DNA of 64,000 nucleotides, from NCBI GenBank assembly GCA_934149515.1, contig CAKPFD010000002.1, positions 98,209 through 162,208 of the forward strand. The letters run 5' to 3'. Positions 9,406 to 17,543 of this stretch are shown piece after piece. Source of the DNA: an uncultured Bacilli bacterium. GTDB lineage: Bacteria > Bacillota_I > Bacilli_A > RF39 > UBA660. Positions within the stretch are counted from its first letter, which is position 1; each line of letters begins with the position of its first letter. Made by a program: the position numbers and the translations under genes. A model generated the notes under the pieces. It did not search any database. It was not told the DNA's origin and saw only the letters and a program-made list of their open reading frames with translations.

Positions 9406-10175
9406 TTGACTTTATATATAATATTAATAATAAAAATATATACATTCATTGTGAAATAGAAGAATATTGCCACAAGATAGAAAAATGGTTAACTGCTTAT
9501 GATATTATATCTTCAAACAAATACAGCTCATATATTAAAATTTATAAAAATAAGACAGTATGGAATATAGATGGTATTGAAAAAATTATCAATAATAAAA
9601 TAAAACACACAGATTTATATCCTTTATTTTATAATTTGATTGCTAATGCAGTCCTAGATGATGATAATGTTCTTCTACATTCGGCGGTTTTATGTTATAA
9701 TAATATAGGGATTTTAGTTGTCGGGGATTTTGATTCCGGAAAGACAACACTGTGTTTGAAAGCAATGGAAAACAAAGTTGAAGTGGTATCAGCAGATCAA
9801 ACACATTTAGGTTATGTAAAAAACAAAATAATGTTAAGACGTGGTTCATTATACATGAGAATTGGTGAGGATAACGAAGTATTTTTAAGCCCAGCTAAAT
9901 CAGAGATAGAAATTAAGTTAATTATAAATCTTGTTGGTGTATGTGATAATGGAAAATTATACTTTGATGTAATTAATAATAAAGAACACATAATTAAAAA
10001 AATGTTTAAATTTTGTACATGGCATTCTGATATTCCACTATTTACAGAAACCGAAATGTTGAATATAGACAGAACGAAAATATACAAATGGCTATCTAGA
10101 ATAGATATACCATTTTACAATGTAAGGGGAGATTCAAAAAATATCATAATAAAAATAAAGGAGGTCTTAAAATGA
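9402..10175 (+). CDS. HprK-related P-loop kinase-like protein (paralog 2)
   Basis: 'LLHSAVLCYNNIGILVVGDFDSGKTTLCL...VVSADQTHL'. GTG 9402 follows the RBS GGGAGAAG and overlaps the upstream stop (GTGA). The ORF-track start at 9357 lies inside the upstream gene. Confidence 0.5.
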   Translation: MIDFIYNINNKNIYIHCEIEEYCHKIEKWLTAYDIISSNKYSSYIKIYKNKTVWNIDGIEKIINNKIKHTDLYPLFYNLIANAVLDDDNVLLHSAVLCYNNIGILVVGDFDSGKTTLCLKAMENKVEVVSADQTHLGYVKNKIMLRRGSLYMRIGEDNEVFLSPAKSEIEIKLIINLVGVCDNGKLYFDVINNKEHIIKKMFKFCTWHSDIPLFTETEMLNIDRTKIYKWLSRIDIPFYNVRGDSKNIIIKIKEVLK

Positions 10176-11197
10176 TAGAAGAAACTGTTTTTACAAATGA
10201 AAAGATAATAGAAGTTGTAAAAAAGATTTATAATATTGATGTTCATCAAGTTGAAAAATTAAATCGTGGTAGTGCTAACTTGTATTCGTTAAATGAAAAC
10301 AAATATATATTAAAAGAATTTCAAACGAAATATACAAAAGAAGAAATTGATAAGGAAATAAATATTATAAATCATCTAAAAAAAGATAATATTCCAGTTC
10401 CAGAATATATAAAAACTATAACTGGTGAATATAGTTTTATATATGAAAATAGAGTTATAATTATGCAAAAATTTATTGATGGATATACAATAGAATCTAA
10501 TACTGGAAATTACGAACAAATTTTGGAATCTGCTGAATATCTTGGTAAAATTATTAAGAGTCTTGCAACTTTAAAAGTTGAATTACCTAGTAATGATGTA
10601 TCAAGTTGGTATTCAAAAGAAACAATTAACGAGAGCATAGATAAACAAGAAAAGCTGTTGAAAAAGATATCTATAGAAAATTATCCACAAATATATAATG
10701 ATTTAACTGATAAAATTTCTATGTTGAAATATGTCAGAGATAATTTAGATTTTAGTGATATGAATAAATTGACTATTATGAATACTCATGGTGATTATAG
10801 TTTATTACAGTTTATATATAAAGATGGTAAAATAAATGCAATAATAGATTTTGTTTCAGCTTGTAAAATGCCAATTGTGTGGGAGGTAATTAGATCTTAT
10901 AGTTACATTGATCCAAAGGCAAAAGAAGGAACAATTGATATTGACAATTTAGTTGAATATGTGAGAACTTTTACCAACTATGTTAAACTAAATAAATATG
11001 ATTTTAAATTTATGTCATATTTATATTTGGTTCAACTTCTTGCAAGTACGTTTGGATATAAACAATATATTGCAGATAATTCAAAAACAAGCTTGTTAGA
11101 TTTTGCATATTTTAGAACAAGATTGTGTAAATTTTTATTTAAAAATGCAGAAAAAATAGCTAATACTTTAATAGAAGAATTAATGAATGAAAATTAG
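10172..11197 (+). CDS. aminoglycoside-phosphotransferase/choline-kinase-fold kinase
   Basis: 'NTHGDYSLLQF' (HxD catalytic loop) and 'AIIDF' (DFG-like) motifs. ATGA overlap with the upstream gene. Confidence 0.7.
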   Translation: MIEETVFTNEKIIEVVKKIYNIDVHQVEKLNRGSANLYSLNENKYILKEFQTKYTKEEIDKEINIINHLKKDNIPVPEYIKTITGEYSFIYENRVIIMQKFIDGYTIESNTGNYEQILESAEYLGKIIKSLATLKVELPSNDVSSWYSKETINESIDKQEKLLKKISIENYPQIYNDLTDKISMLKYVRDNLDFSDMNKLTIMNTHGDYSLLQFIYKDGKINAIIDFVSACKMPIVWEVIRSYSYIDPKAKEGTIDIDNLVEYVRTFTNYVKLNKYDFKFMSYLYLVQLLASTFGYKQYIADNSKTSLLDFAYFRTRLCKFLFKNAEKIANTLIEELMNEN

Positions 11198-11222
11198 TTA
11201 TTAAGTTAGGGGGAGAAGAAAA

Positions 11223-13409
11223 ATGGGAAATATTTTTAATGAAGAAAAAGAATATTTAGGATATGTGAAGGAAAGTTTAGAAAGCGAAAAAGAGTATTGT
11301 AGAAAGGAAATGCGTGAAATTCCAAAAAGATATACAAATGTTTTACAAGGAGATGCTTTTTTGGTAGAAGGATTGATGTCAACTCAAGCGACTAAACTTA
11401 GAAAATTAGAACTATCTGAAAAAAAACCTTATTTTGGAAGAATTGATTTTCTTTCTGATGGTAGTAATAATGTGGCAAAAATATATATTGGTAAAACAAC
11501 AATTCATGGTAAGAACAATGAAATAGTAACAACAGACTGGAGAACTCCTATTTGTAGTTTATATTATGATAGTGATTTGGGTAGAGTTAGTTATGAAGCA
11601 CCTTCTGGATTGGTACATGGAGATTTAAAATTAAAACGTCAAATTGTTATTGAAGATGGAGAGTTAGTTGATGTACTAGATACTAGCTTAGTAAGTAATG
11701 ATGAATTATTGCAACCATATTTAAGTGTTAATGCCGATAATAAAATGAAAACAATTATAGCTTCAATACAAAAAGAACAAAACGAAATAATTAGAAGACC
11801 AATTTCAGAAAATATTATAGTTCAGGGTGTTGCTGGTTCAGGTAAGACTTCAGTAGCTTTGCATAGAATTGCATATTTAGTTTTTAATTTAGAAAAAAAG
11901 ATAAATTCTAGTCAATTTTTAGTTATTGGACCAAATCAATACTTTTTGAATTATATATCATCTATTTTACCAGAATTAGAAACCGAGCCTGTCGAACAAC
12001 AAACCTATATGAATTTGATAAATGAACTTACGAATGAAAAATTAACATTAGATACTCAAAATACATTATTTAATCAAACTAAAGAAAAAGAGGAGTATAA
12101 AAAAATTCAAGCCTTCAAAACATCACTTGAGTATAAAAAAGCACTTGATTATTTTATGCAAGATTATTTATCAAAAGGTATTGTATTAGAAGGTTTTAAA
12201 ATTGATGGTGAAGAAATATATAGTGCTGATGAAATAAAAAGAATTTTATTTTCTGGTATAAATTCATTTCCAAACTTTGAGAGTGCTTGTAGATATTGTG
12301 TTGGTAACTTTAGAAATCATACTGATGAAATATATAGTAAATTAAATCAAAAATATAGGGAAATATATACAAGCAATTTACCAAAGGATGATCCTGTTAG
12401 AAAAGAGGCAGTGGCAAAAAGTACAGCTCTTAACAATTTAGTTAAAAATGATGGAGTAAAATTACTTAGAAACTACTTTAAAAAATTACAATTAGGACCA
12501 TTAAATACTTATAAATTATTTATTGCTAATTTAGGGTCATATACTAGCGAATTGACTGATACTGAACTTTTAAAGCTTCAAAAAAGTACATTACAAACTT
12601 TGAAAAAAAGAAAAGTAACATTTGAAGATCTTCCATCATTACTACATGTAAACAACTTACTTTGTGGATGTAATCAAAAATATAATCATATAGTAATAGA
12701 TGAAGCTCAGGATTATGGATTATTTCATTTTGATGCATTAAAGGAAACATTCCCTAGTAGTACATTTTCTATATATGGTGATTTAGCACAATCTATATAT
12801 TCTTATAGAGGTATAAAAGATTGGGAAAGCGTAGCTTCTGAAATATTCGGTAATAATTGTTCAATCTTGAATTTAAATAAAAGTTATAGAACTACTATTG
12901 AGATCACAAATAATGCAAATAAAGTCTTAAGACAGATGGATTTAACTGAAGCTGAACCTGTAATAAGACATGGTGGAGAAATTTCATTTGAAGATTTTGC
13001 TAAATCTGATGATTATAAAATTGCTAAAATAAATGATTGGTTAAATAAAGGATATCAGACTATTGCTGTTATTTGTAAAACAGATAAAGAGGCTGAAAAT
13101 ACTTATAATTCTTTAAGCAAGTATGGAATTGATATTACACATATAAAAGCTAGTGATGTTGACTATAATGGTGGTGTGTTTGTATTGACAAGTGCGTTAT
13201 CCAAAGGTTTGGAATTTGATGCTGTTATAATAAATGATGCTTCAAATAAAGTGTATGATGAGAACAATATGGATGATATGCATCTTTTATATGTTGCTGA
13301 AACTAGAGCATTGCATGAGTTAGATGTATTATATGATAAGACTTTATGTCCAGTGTTTTCAAATGAGAGAACTATGGATAAGCCAAAAGTTTTAGTTAGA
13401 AAAAAATAA
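11223..13409 (+). CDS. helD: HelD-type UvrD-like helicase (RNA polymerase recycling factor family)
   Basis: N-terminal 'KPYFGRIDF' HelD signature, Walker A 'GVAGSGKTSVALHRIAYL' and Walker B 'VIDEAQD'. RBS GGGGGAGAAG. Only 25 nt downstream of the kinase gene. Confidence 0.8.
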   Translation: MGNIFNEEKEYLGYVKESLESEKEYCRKEMREIPKRYTNVLQGDAFLVEGLMSTQATKLRKLELSEKKPYFGRIDFLSDGSNNVAKIYIGKTTIHGKNNEIVTTDWRTPICSLYYDSDLGRVSYEAPSGLVHGDLKLKRQIVIEDGELVDVLDTSLVSNDELLQPYLSVNADNKMKTIIASIQKEQNEIIRRPISENIIVQGVAGSGKTSVALHRIAYLVFNLEKKINSSQFLVIGPNQYFLNYISSILPELETEPVEQQTYMNLINELTNEKLTLDTQNTLFNQTKEKEEYKKIQAFKTSLEYKKALDYFMQDYLSKGIVLEGFKIDGEEIYSADEIKRILFSGINSFPNFESACRYCVGNFRNHTDEIYSKLNQKYREIYTSNLPKDDPVRKEAVAKSTALNNLVKNDGVKLLRNYFKKLQLGPLNTYKLFIANLGSYTSELTDTELLKLQKSTLQTLKKRKVTFEDLPSLLHVNNLLCGCNQKYNHIVIDEAQDYGLFHFDALKETFPSSTFSIYGDLAQSIYSYRGIKDWESVASEIFGNNCSILNLNKSYRTTIEITNNANKVLRQMDLTEAEPVIRHGGEISFEDFAKSDDYKIAKINDWLNKGYQTIAVICKTDKEAENTYNSLSKYGIDITHIKASDVDYNGGVFVLTSALSKGLEFDAVIINDASNKVYDENNMDDMHLLYVAETRALHELDVLYDKTLCPVFSNERTMDKPKVLVRKK

Positions 13410-13419
13410 GCATGATAAG

Positions 13420-13854
13420 TCATGTTTGTTTTTTTATTAATTCATCAATTGAAAGTTTGAATTTTTTTGCAATTTTAAACAAATATGCTGTTTGAATTGT
13501 TATATATCCATTTTCATATAAGGAATATGTTGATTTATTAATTTCTAACAAGTTAATTATGTCTTTTTGTTTCAAATTGTTTCTAATTCTAAATTCTTTT
13601 AAATTTTTTCCAAGTTTTATTAAATTAATTTTTTGAGAAGAGAAGAAATATTCATTTTTGTTGCTTAATCCTACTATATAGTCAATGCTTATTTTGTAAT
13701 AATTACTCAATTCATACAATTTGTTTAGAGTTATTGTATTTTTTCCTGTTTCCCAGCACGAATATGTTGAACGTTCTACAGATAATATTTTTGCTATTTC
13801 CATTTGTGTTAGTTTTTTCTTTTTTCGTATTAAAACTAGTCTATTAAATCGCAT
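13420..13854 (-). CDS. XRE-family regulator with two HTH domains
   Basis: Two HTH_3-like units ('LTQMEIAKILSVERSTYSCWETG' and 'LKQKDIINLLEINKSTYSLYENG'). Confidence 0.75.
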   Translation of the reverse strand: MRFNRLVLIRKKKKLTQMEIAKILSVERSTYSCWETGKNTITLNKLYELSNYYKISIDYIVGLSNKNEYFFSSQKINLIKLGKNLKEFRIRNNLKQKDIINLLEINKSTYSLYENGYITIQTAYLFKIAKKFKLSIDELIKKQT

Positions 13855-13866
13855 TCTTTTACTTCC

Positions 13867-14319
13867 TTATCTTCTAAAGTGCATATGATTACTTTTTCCA
13901 CAAATCCAATCCATTGATATATTATACTTCTTGCATATTGTATAAATAGTAATTGTATTGATTAAATAATGACCGGTTTCATAACCACTATATGTTGTTT
14001 GGAAAAAACCACAATTATCGGATAATTTTTGCTGAGTTAAATTTAACGTTTTTCTAATTTCTTTAAGCCTTTTTCCTATGCTTTCTTTTGTTGGGGTGAT
14101 TTTGCTTTTATATTTAGTATTTTCTCTTGTTAGTCCAGTCACAAAATCTAATGAGTAATTATATAAATTGCAAAATTTAATTAACTTATTGAAAGGCATT
14201 GTATCTTTTCCTGTTTCCCAGCCAGATACTGTATACTTACTTACACCAAAGACATATCCTAGTTCTGATTGTGTCATTTCCAATTCTTCTCTACAAAATT
14301 TTAAATTATTATCAATCAT
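13867..14319 (-). CDS. XRE-family regulator with two HTH domains (tandem paralog)
   Basis: 'MTQSELGYVFGVSKYTVSGWETG' and 'LTQQKLSDNCGFFQTTYSGYETG'. Same architecture as the neighbouring gene. Confidence 0.75.
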   Translation of the reverse strand: MIDNNLKFCREELEMTQSELGYVFGVSKYTVSGWETGKDTMPFNKLIKFCNLYNYSLDFVTGLTRENTKYKSKITPTKESIGKRLKEIRKTLNLTQQKLSDNCGFFQTTYSGYETGHYLINTITIYTICKKYNISMDWICGKSNHMHFRR

Positions 14320-14412
14320 AGTGTCTCACCACTATTAATTTTGACATTTATTTTAAAAATATTAGCAAAAGTAGGGGATGATAGTTAAAAATGCGGTATA
14401 ATAATATTAGAG

Positions 14413-14745
14413 GTGAAAAAAGTGAGACTTGATAAGTATGATTTACTAAAAGTAGTTGTTAAAGTTTTGGTGTATACGTCAATTGGAGTTGGTGCTTTTT
14501 ATTTATTATTGTTTGATTATGATTTGGGCACAAAATATTGTATAATAAATAATGTTCCAACAGATTTTTCTTTGACATATAGCGGAATTGGAATGGCAAA
14601 TGGTATTGCTTTAATATTATTTTTGATTGAAGTGACAATATTCTTTTGTTTTTTAAAACTACTAAACAAAATTAGTATCTTTAAAAAAAAATTCAAATTT
14701 TTAGATTTTGAAATATTAGATTTTTGTCATAAAATTAATGATTAA
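14413..14745 (+). CDS. small membrane protein, unknown function
   Basis: 110-aa ORF with two hydrophobic segments. The start is ambiguous (GTG 14413 or GTG 14422 after AGAGGTG). Confidence 0.4.
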   Translation: MKKVRLDKYDLLKVVVKVLVYTSIGVGAFYLLLFDYDLGTKYCIINNVPTDFSLTYSGIGMANGIALILFLIEVTIFFCFLKLLNKISIFKKKFKFLDFEILDFCHKIND

Positions 14746-14808
14746 TGTAAAGACAATGTTAGTTAAATAATGTGTAGTTATATTTCAATGAATAAAAAGG
14801 AGGAAAAC

Positions 14809-15233
14809 ATGAAAAAAATGATAAAATCGTTTCCATATTTTCTTATATTGCTTTGGTTTTAGTTCTTATTTGTTTAATATGTGGTGGATGTTCTGAACTT
14901 TACTTGTTTTTAAAATATAAAGCTCAACCAGTTGCATATGTTGACCTGTTACCAATAGAGCAAAAGATTTATCATATAATTTTTATTTGTATTACTATTT
15001 CGGCTGTGTTATTGTTACCAGTTTTAATAATATTATCAAAAGCAGAAAATCCGCCACTTGATTATACTATTGTTGATAAAAATGAATATAAGGATATGCA
15101 AAAACGTATGGTTGATCAAGAATATGAAAACATGAAACAAGATGCTGAAATAAGTATTATGAAGGTGAAATTTTCTTCATTAAAGCTAAAATTTCAAATA
15201 TTTAAGAAAATATTTAAGCATAGAAAAAAATAA
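14809..15233 (+). pseudogene. small lipoprotein-like membrane protein, frame broken in an A7 run
   Basis: A strong RBS AAAGGAGG (14796-14803) precedes ATG 14809, but that frame stops at 14860-14862. The long ORF (14853-15233) is in another frame and has no RBS. One extra A in the A7 run (14812-14818) would give 'MKKNDKIVSIFSYIALVLVLICLICGGCSE...'. Confidence 0.5.
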
Positions 15234-15234
15234 T

Positions 15235-15282
15235 AAAGGTGATGGCACGAAAGAAAATCCTTTCGAGGTATCAATGCAATAG
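15235..15282 (+). pseudogene. 14-codon 3'-terminal relic of a TasA-like/lectin-module surface protein gene
   Basis: Translates to 'KGDGTKENPFEVSMQ*'. The C-termini of the paralogs are 'GDGTKENPFEIALAS*' (33686) and 'GDGTKDNPFEVKLAG*' (24584). A weak hairpin plus T6 run follows (15314-15348). Confidence 0.6.
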
Positions 15283-15417
15283 GTTGCTTTTAAATAAAAT
15301 AACGACAAAAAGCCTTATGATTGTTTGTAATACGTCATAAAGTTTTTTGCTTTCTATAATAGTATTTGAAAATAAAATCACTTTATAGTAAAATAGAGCT
15401 AAGGAGACAAGAAATAT

Positions 15418-15963
15418 ATGAATGAAGATATAATTAAAACAACTAAAGAAAAAATGGAAGGAGCGCTTGCAAATTATAATAAACGTTTAAAAACAGTAAG
15501 AGCAGGAAGAGCAAATCCTTCAAGTTTAGATGGAGTAATGGTAGATTACTATGGTAGTTTAACTCCGTTAAAACAACTAGCAACCATCTCTGTACCGGAA
15601 GCAACACAATTACTAATCAAACCATTTGATCGAAGCTGTCTAAGTGCCATCGATAAAGCAATTATTGCAGCAAATCTTGGTTATAATCCAAGTAACGATG
15701 GCGAAACCATCCGTATTGTGATACCAGCACTAACAGAAGAAAGAAGAAAAGAATTAGTAAAACAAGTAAAAGCGATCAGTGAAGAAGCAAAAGTTGCTGT
15801 AAGAAACATTCGTCATGATGCAAATGAAACAATTGAAAAAGATGAATTACCAGAGGATGAAGAAAAACATTTAATGAATGAAGTACAAACGCTAGTAAAT
15901 GATACTAATAAAGAAATTGAAAAAATCTATAAAGAAAAAGAACAAGAATTATTGACAGTTTAG
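15418..15963 (+). CDS. frr: ribosome recycling factor
   Basis: 181 aa. 'RTVRAGRANPSSLDGVMVDYYGSLTPLKQLATISVPE' is the canonical RRF sequence. Confidence 0.95.
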   Translation: MNEDIIKTTKEKMEGALANYNKRLKTVRAGRANPSSLDGVMVDYYGSLTPLKQLATISVPEATQLLIKPFDRSCLSAIDKAIIAANLGYNPSNDGETIRIVIPALTEERRKELVKQVKAISEEAKVAVRNIRHDANETIEKDELPEDEEKHLMNEVQTLVNDTNKEIEKIYKEKEQELLTV

Positions 15964-16009
15964 TATTAAAATAAAGACTTTAGCATAGATTAATCATAAG
16001 GAGATACCT

Positions 16010-16468
16010 ATGAAAAAAATAAAAATCTATCTAAAGTCTATTTTATTGCCATTAATATTAGGAGGACTTGTTGGTTTTCTAACGTCTAAATCAATGGATT
16101 ACAAAGATTTAGTACAACCACCATTAGCACCACCTTCTATTCTTTTTCCTATCGTATGGAGCATTTTATATCTTTTAATGGGAATATCCTATGGAAGACT
16201 AGAAGAACAATTGAAAAACGATATGGAAGTAGATAAAATCTATAGTTTACAACTCGTTATCAATTTACTATGGCCAATCTTCTTCTTCGTATTAAAATGG
16301 CGTCTATTTGCTTTCTTCTGGTTATTGTTATTAATCTATCTTGTTATCAAAATGATAAAAACATTCTATCAGCAAGATAAACTAGCAGGACTTTTACAAT
16401 TACCATACTTACTATGGTGTTTGTTCGCAAGTTATCTAAATCTTAGTATTTATCTATTGAACAAATAA
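16010..16468 (+). CDS. tspO: TspO/MBR family tryptophan-rich sensory protein
   Basis: Five-TM 152-aa protein with 'PPSILFPIVWSILYLLMGIS' and 'NLLWPIFFF'. Confidence 0.8.
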   Translation: MKKIKIYLKSILLPLILGGLVGFLTSKSMDYKDLVQPPLAPPSILFPIVWSILYLLMGISYGRLEEQLKNDMEVDKIYSLQLVINLLWPIFFFVLKWRLFAFFWLLLLIYLVIKMIKTFYQQDKLAGLLQLPYLLWCLFASYLNLSIYLLNK

Positions 16469-16476
16469 AAAAGATG

Positions 16477-17379
16477 CTACTTCTTATAAGTATATGTAAT
16501 AACAGCATCTTTTTTTGGTTGTGTAAAATTAATAGAAGGAATAAATTCAATATCTAAAGAATCCTTTTGAAAAGCCTTCTGTAAACCTTTGAGATCATAT
16601 GTTGCAAGAATTGGTTTTTCCCTAAGATCTTGAATAGCAAATTGATATAAATAAGCTAGCTGAATAACACCATTTTCTTGTAAATTCTCCTTTAATCCTT
16701 GAAACGTTTGATAAAAACCTTCTAAAGGCCTGCTAGGATACATAAATTCTAAATACTGACTGATATTAGATAACAACATGATATCAAAGTGATCCTTTAA
16801 CATTTCATCTGCTTGTAAAATATCTCCTTGAATAAAAGTCGGATGAAGATATTGGATCTTTTTTTTCACTAACTGAAACTTTTTTGGTTCTGTAAAATAA
16901 GCATGACTGTTCTGATAATAAGATAACGGTAAAACATCTTTTGTAAATAAAGCTTCTTCTATTGTATTGACTGGATATTTTTTACATAATGTATCAAAAA
17001 AAGTAAAACTATCTTGATCTTCCTTTTCCAAAATAGCTGCCACTTTATTCATTGCTACCTTATCCATTGTCTTATGATAGAATAAATCAACAAATTCTTT
17101 TTGATCAAGACCTAAAATTCCTGCTTTTTTTAAGTAAAAATAGTATTGACTATAAGGGCAAAGATCATATAAAGTAATATCTTGGCACCCTTGATAAATT
17201 GCTTCCATGATTTGATCAGAAGATGAACCAACCGTTAGTAACTTTTTCTTTCTAACTTGCAAATTTTGGATATAACTAGCACAGTTTTCGGTAGCAAAAG
17301 GATAAAGCGTATCAAAAGCTTCACTCTTTTTCCGTAGAATTTTATCTTCTAATTTTAAAATCGCGTCACCAACCATCAA
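16477..17379 (-). CDS. hypothetical protein, DUF3419/SAM-methyltransferase-like
   Basis: The pattern 'LLTVGSSSDQIMEAIYQGCQDITLYDLCPYSQYYFYLKKAGILGLDQKEFVDLF' resembles BtaA-like DUF3419 proteins. Weak call. Confidence 0.4.
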   Translation of the reverse strand: MMVGDAILKLEDKILRKKSEAFDTLYPFATENCASYIQNLQVRKKKLLTVGSSSDQIMEAIYQGCQDITLYDLCPYSQYYFYLKKAGILGLDQKEFVDLFYHKTMDKVAMNKVAAILEKEDQDSFTFFDTLCKKYPVNTIEEALFTKDVLPLSYYQNSHAYFTEPKKFQLVKKKIQYLHPTFIQGDILQADEMLKDHFDIMLLSNISQYLEFMYPSRPLEGFYQTFQGLKENLQENGVIQLAYLYQFAIQDLREKPILATYDLKGLQKAFQKDSLDIEFIPSINFTQPKKDAVITYTYKK

Positions 17380-17451
17380 AATCCCCCCTTTTTGAAAGTG
17401 CTTCTTATTTTACCACAAATCATAAAAAAAGTAAATTTATTAGGTTAGCGT

Positions 17452-17480
17452 TTGAAAAAAATCCATTATTTTAGTATAAT
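17452..17480 (+). promoter_or_regulatory. candidate promoter of parE-parC
   Basis: TTGAAA (17452-17457), 17-nt spacer, TATAAT (17475-17480). Confidence 0.55.
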
Positions 17481-17543
17481 TTACTAGAAGAATGAAAAGA
17501 AATAGCAAAAATGAAAAGATAACAAGAGGATGTGAAATGAAGT

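Noticed and set aside
13409-13420. A bidirectional terminator between helD and the first XRE gene ('CATGA-TAAG-TCATG').
   Set aside because: The stem is only 5 bp and overlaps both stop codons. This is too weak to call.
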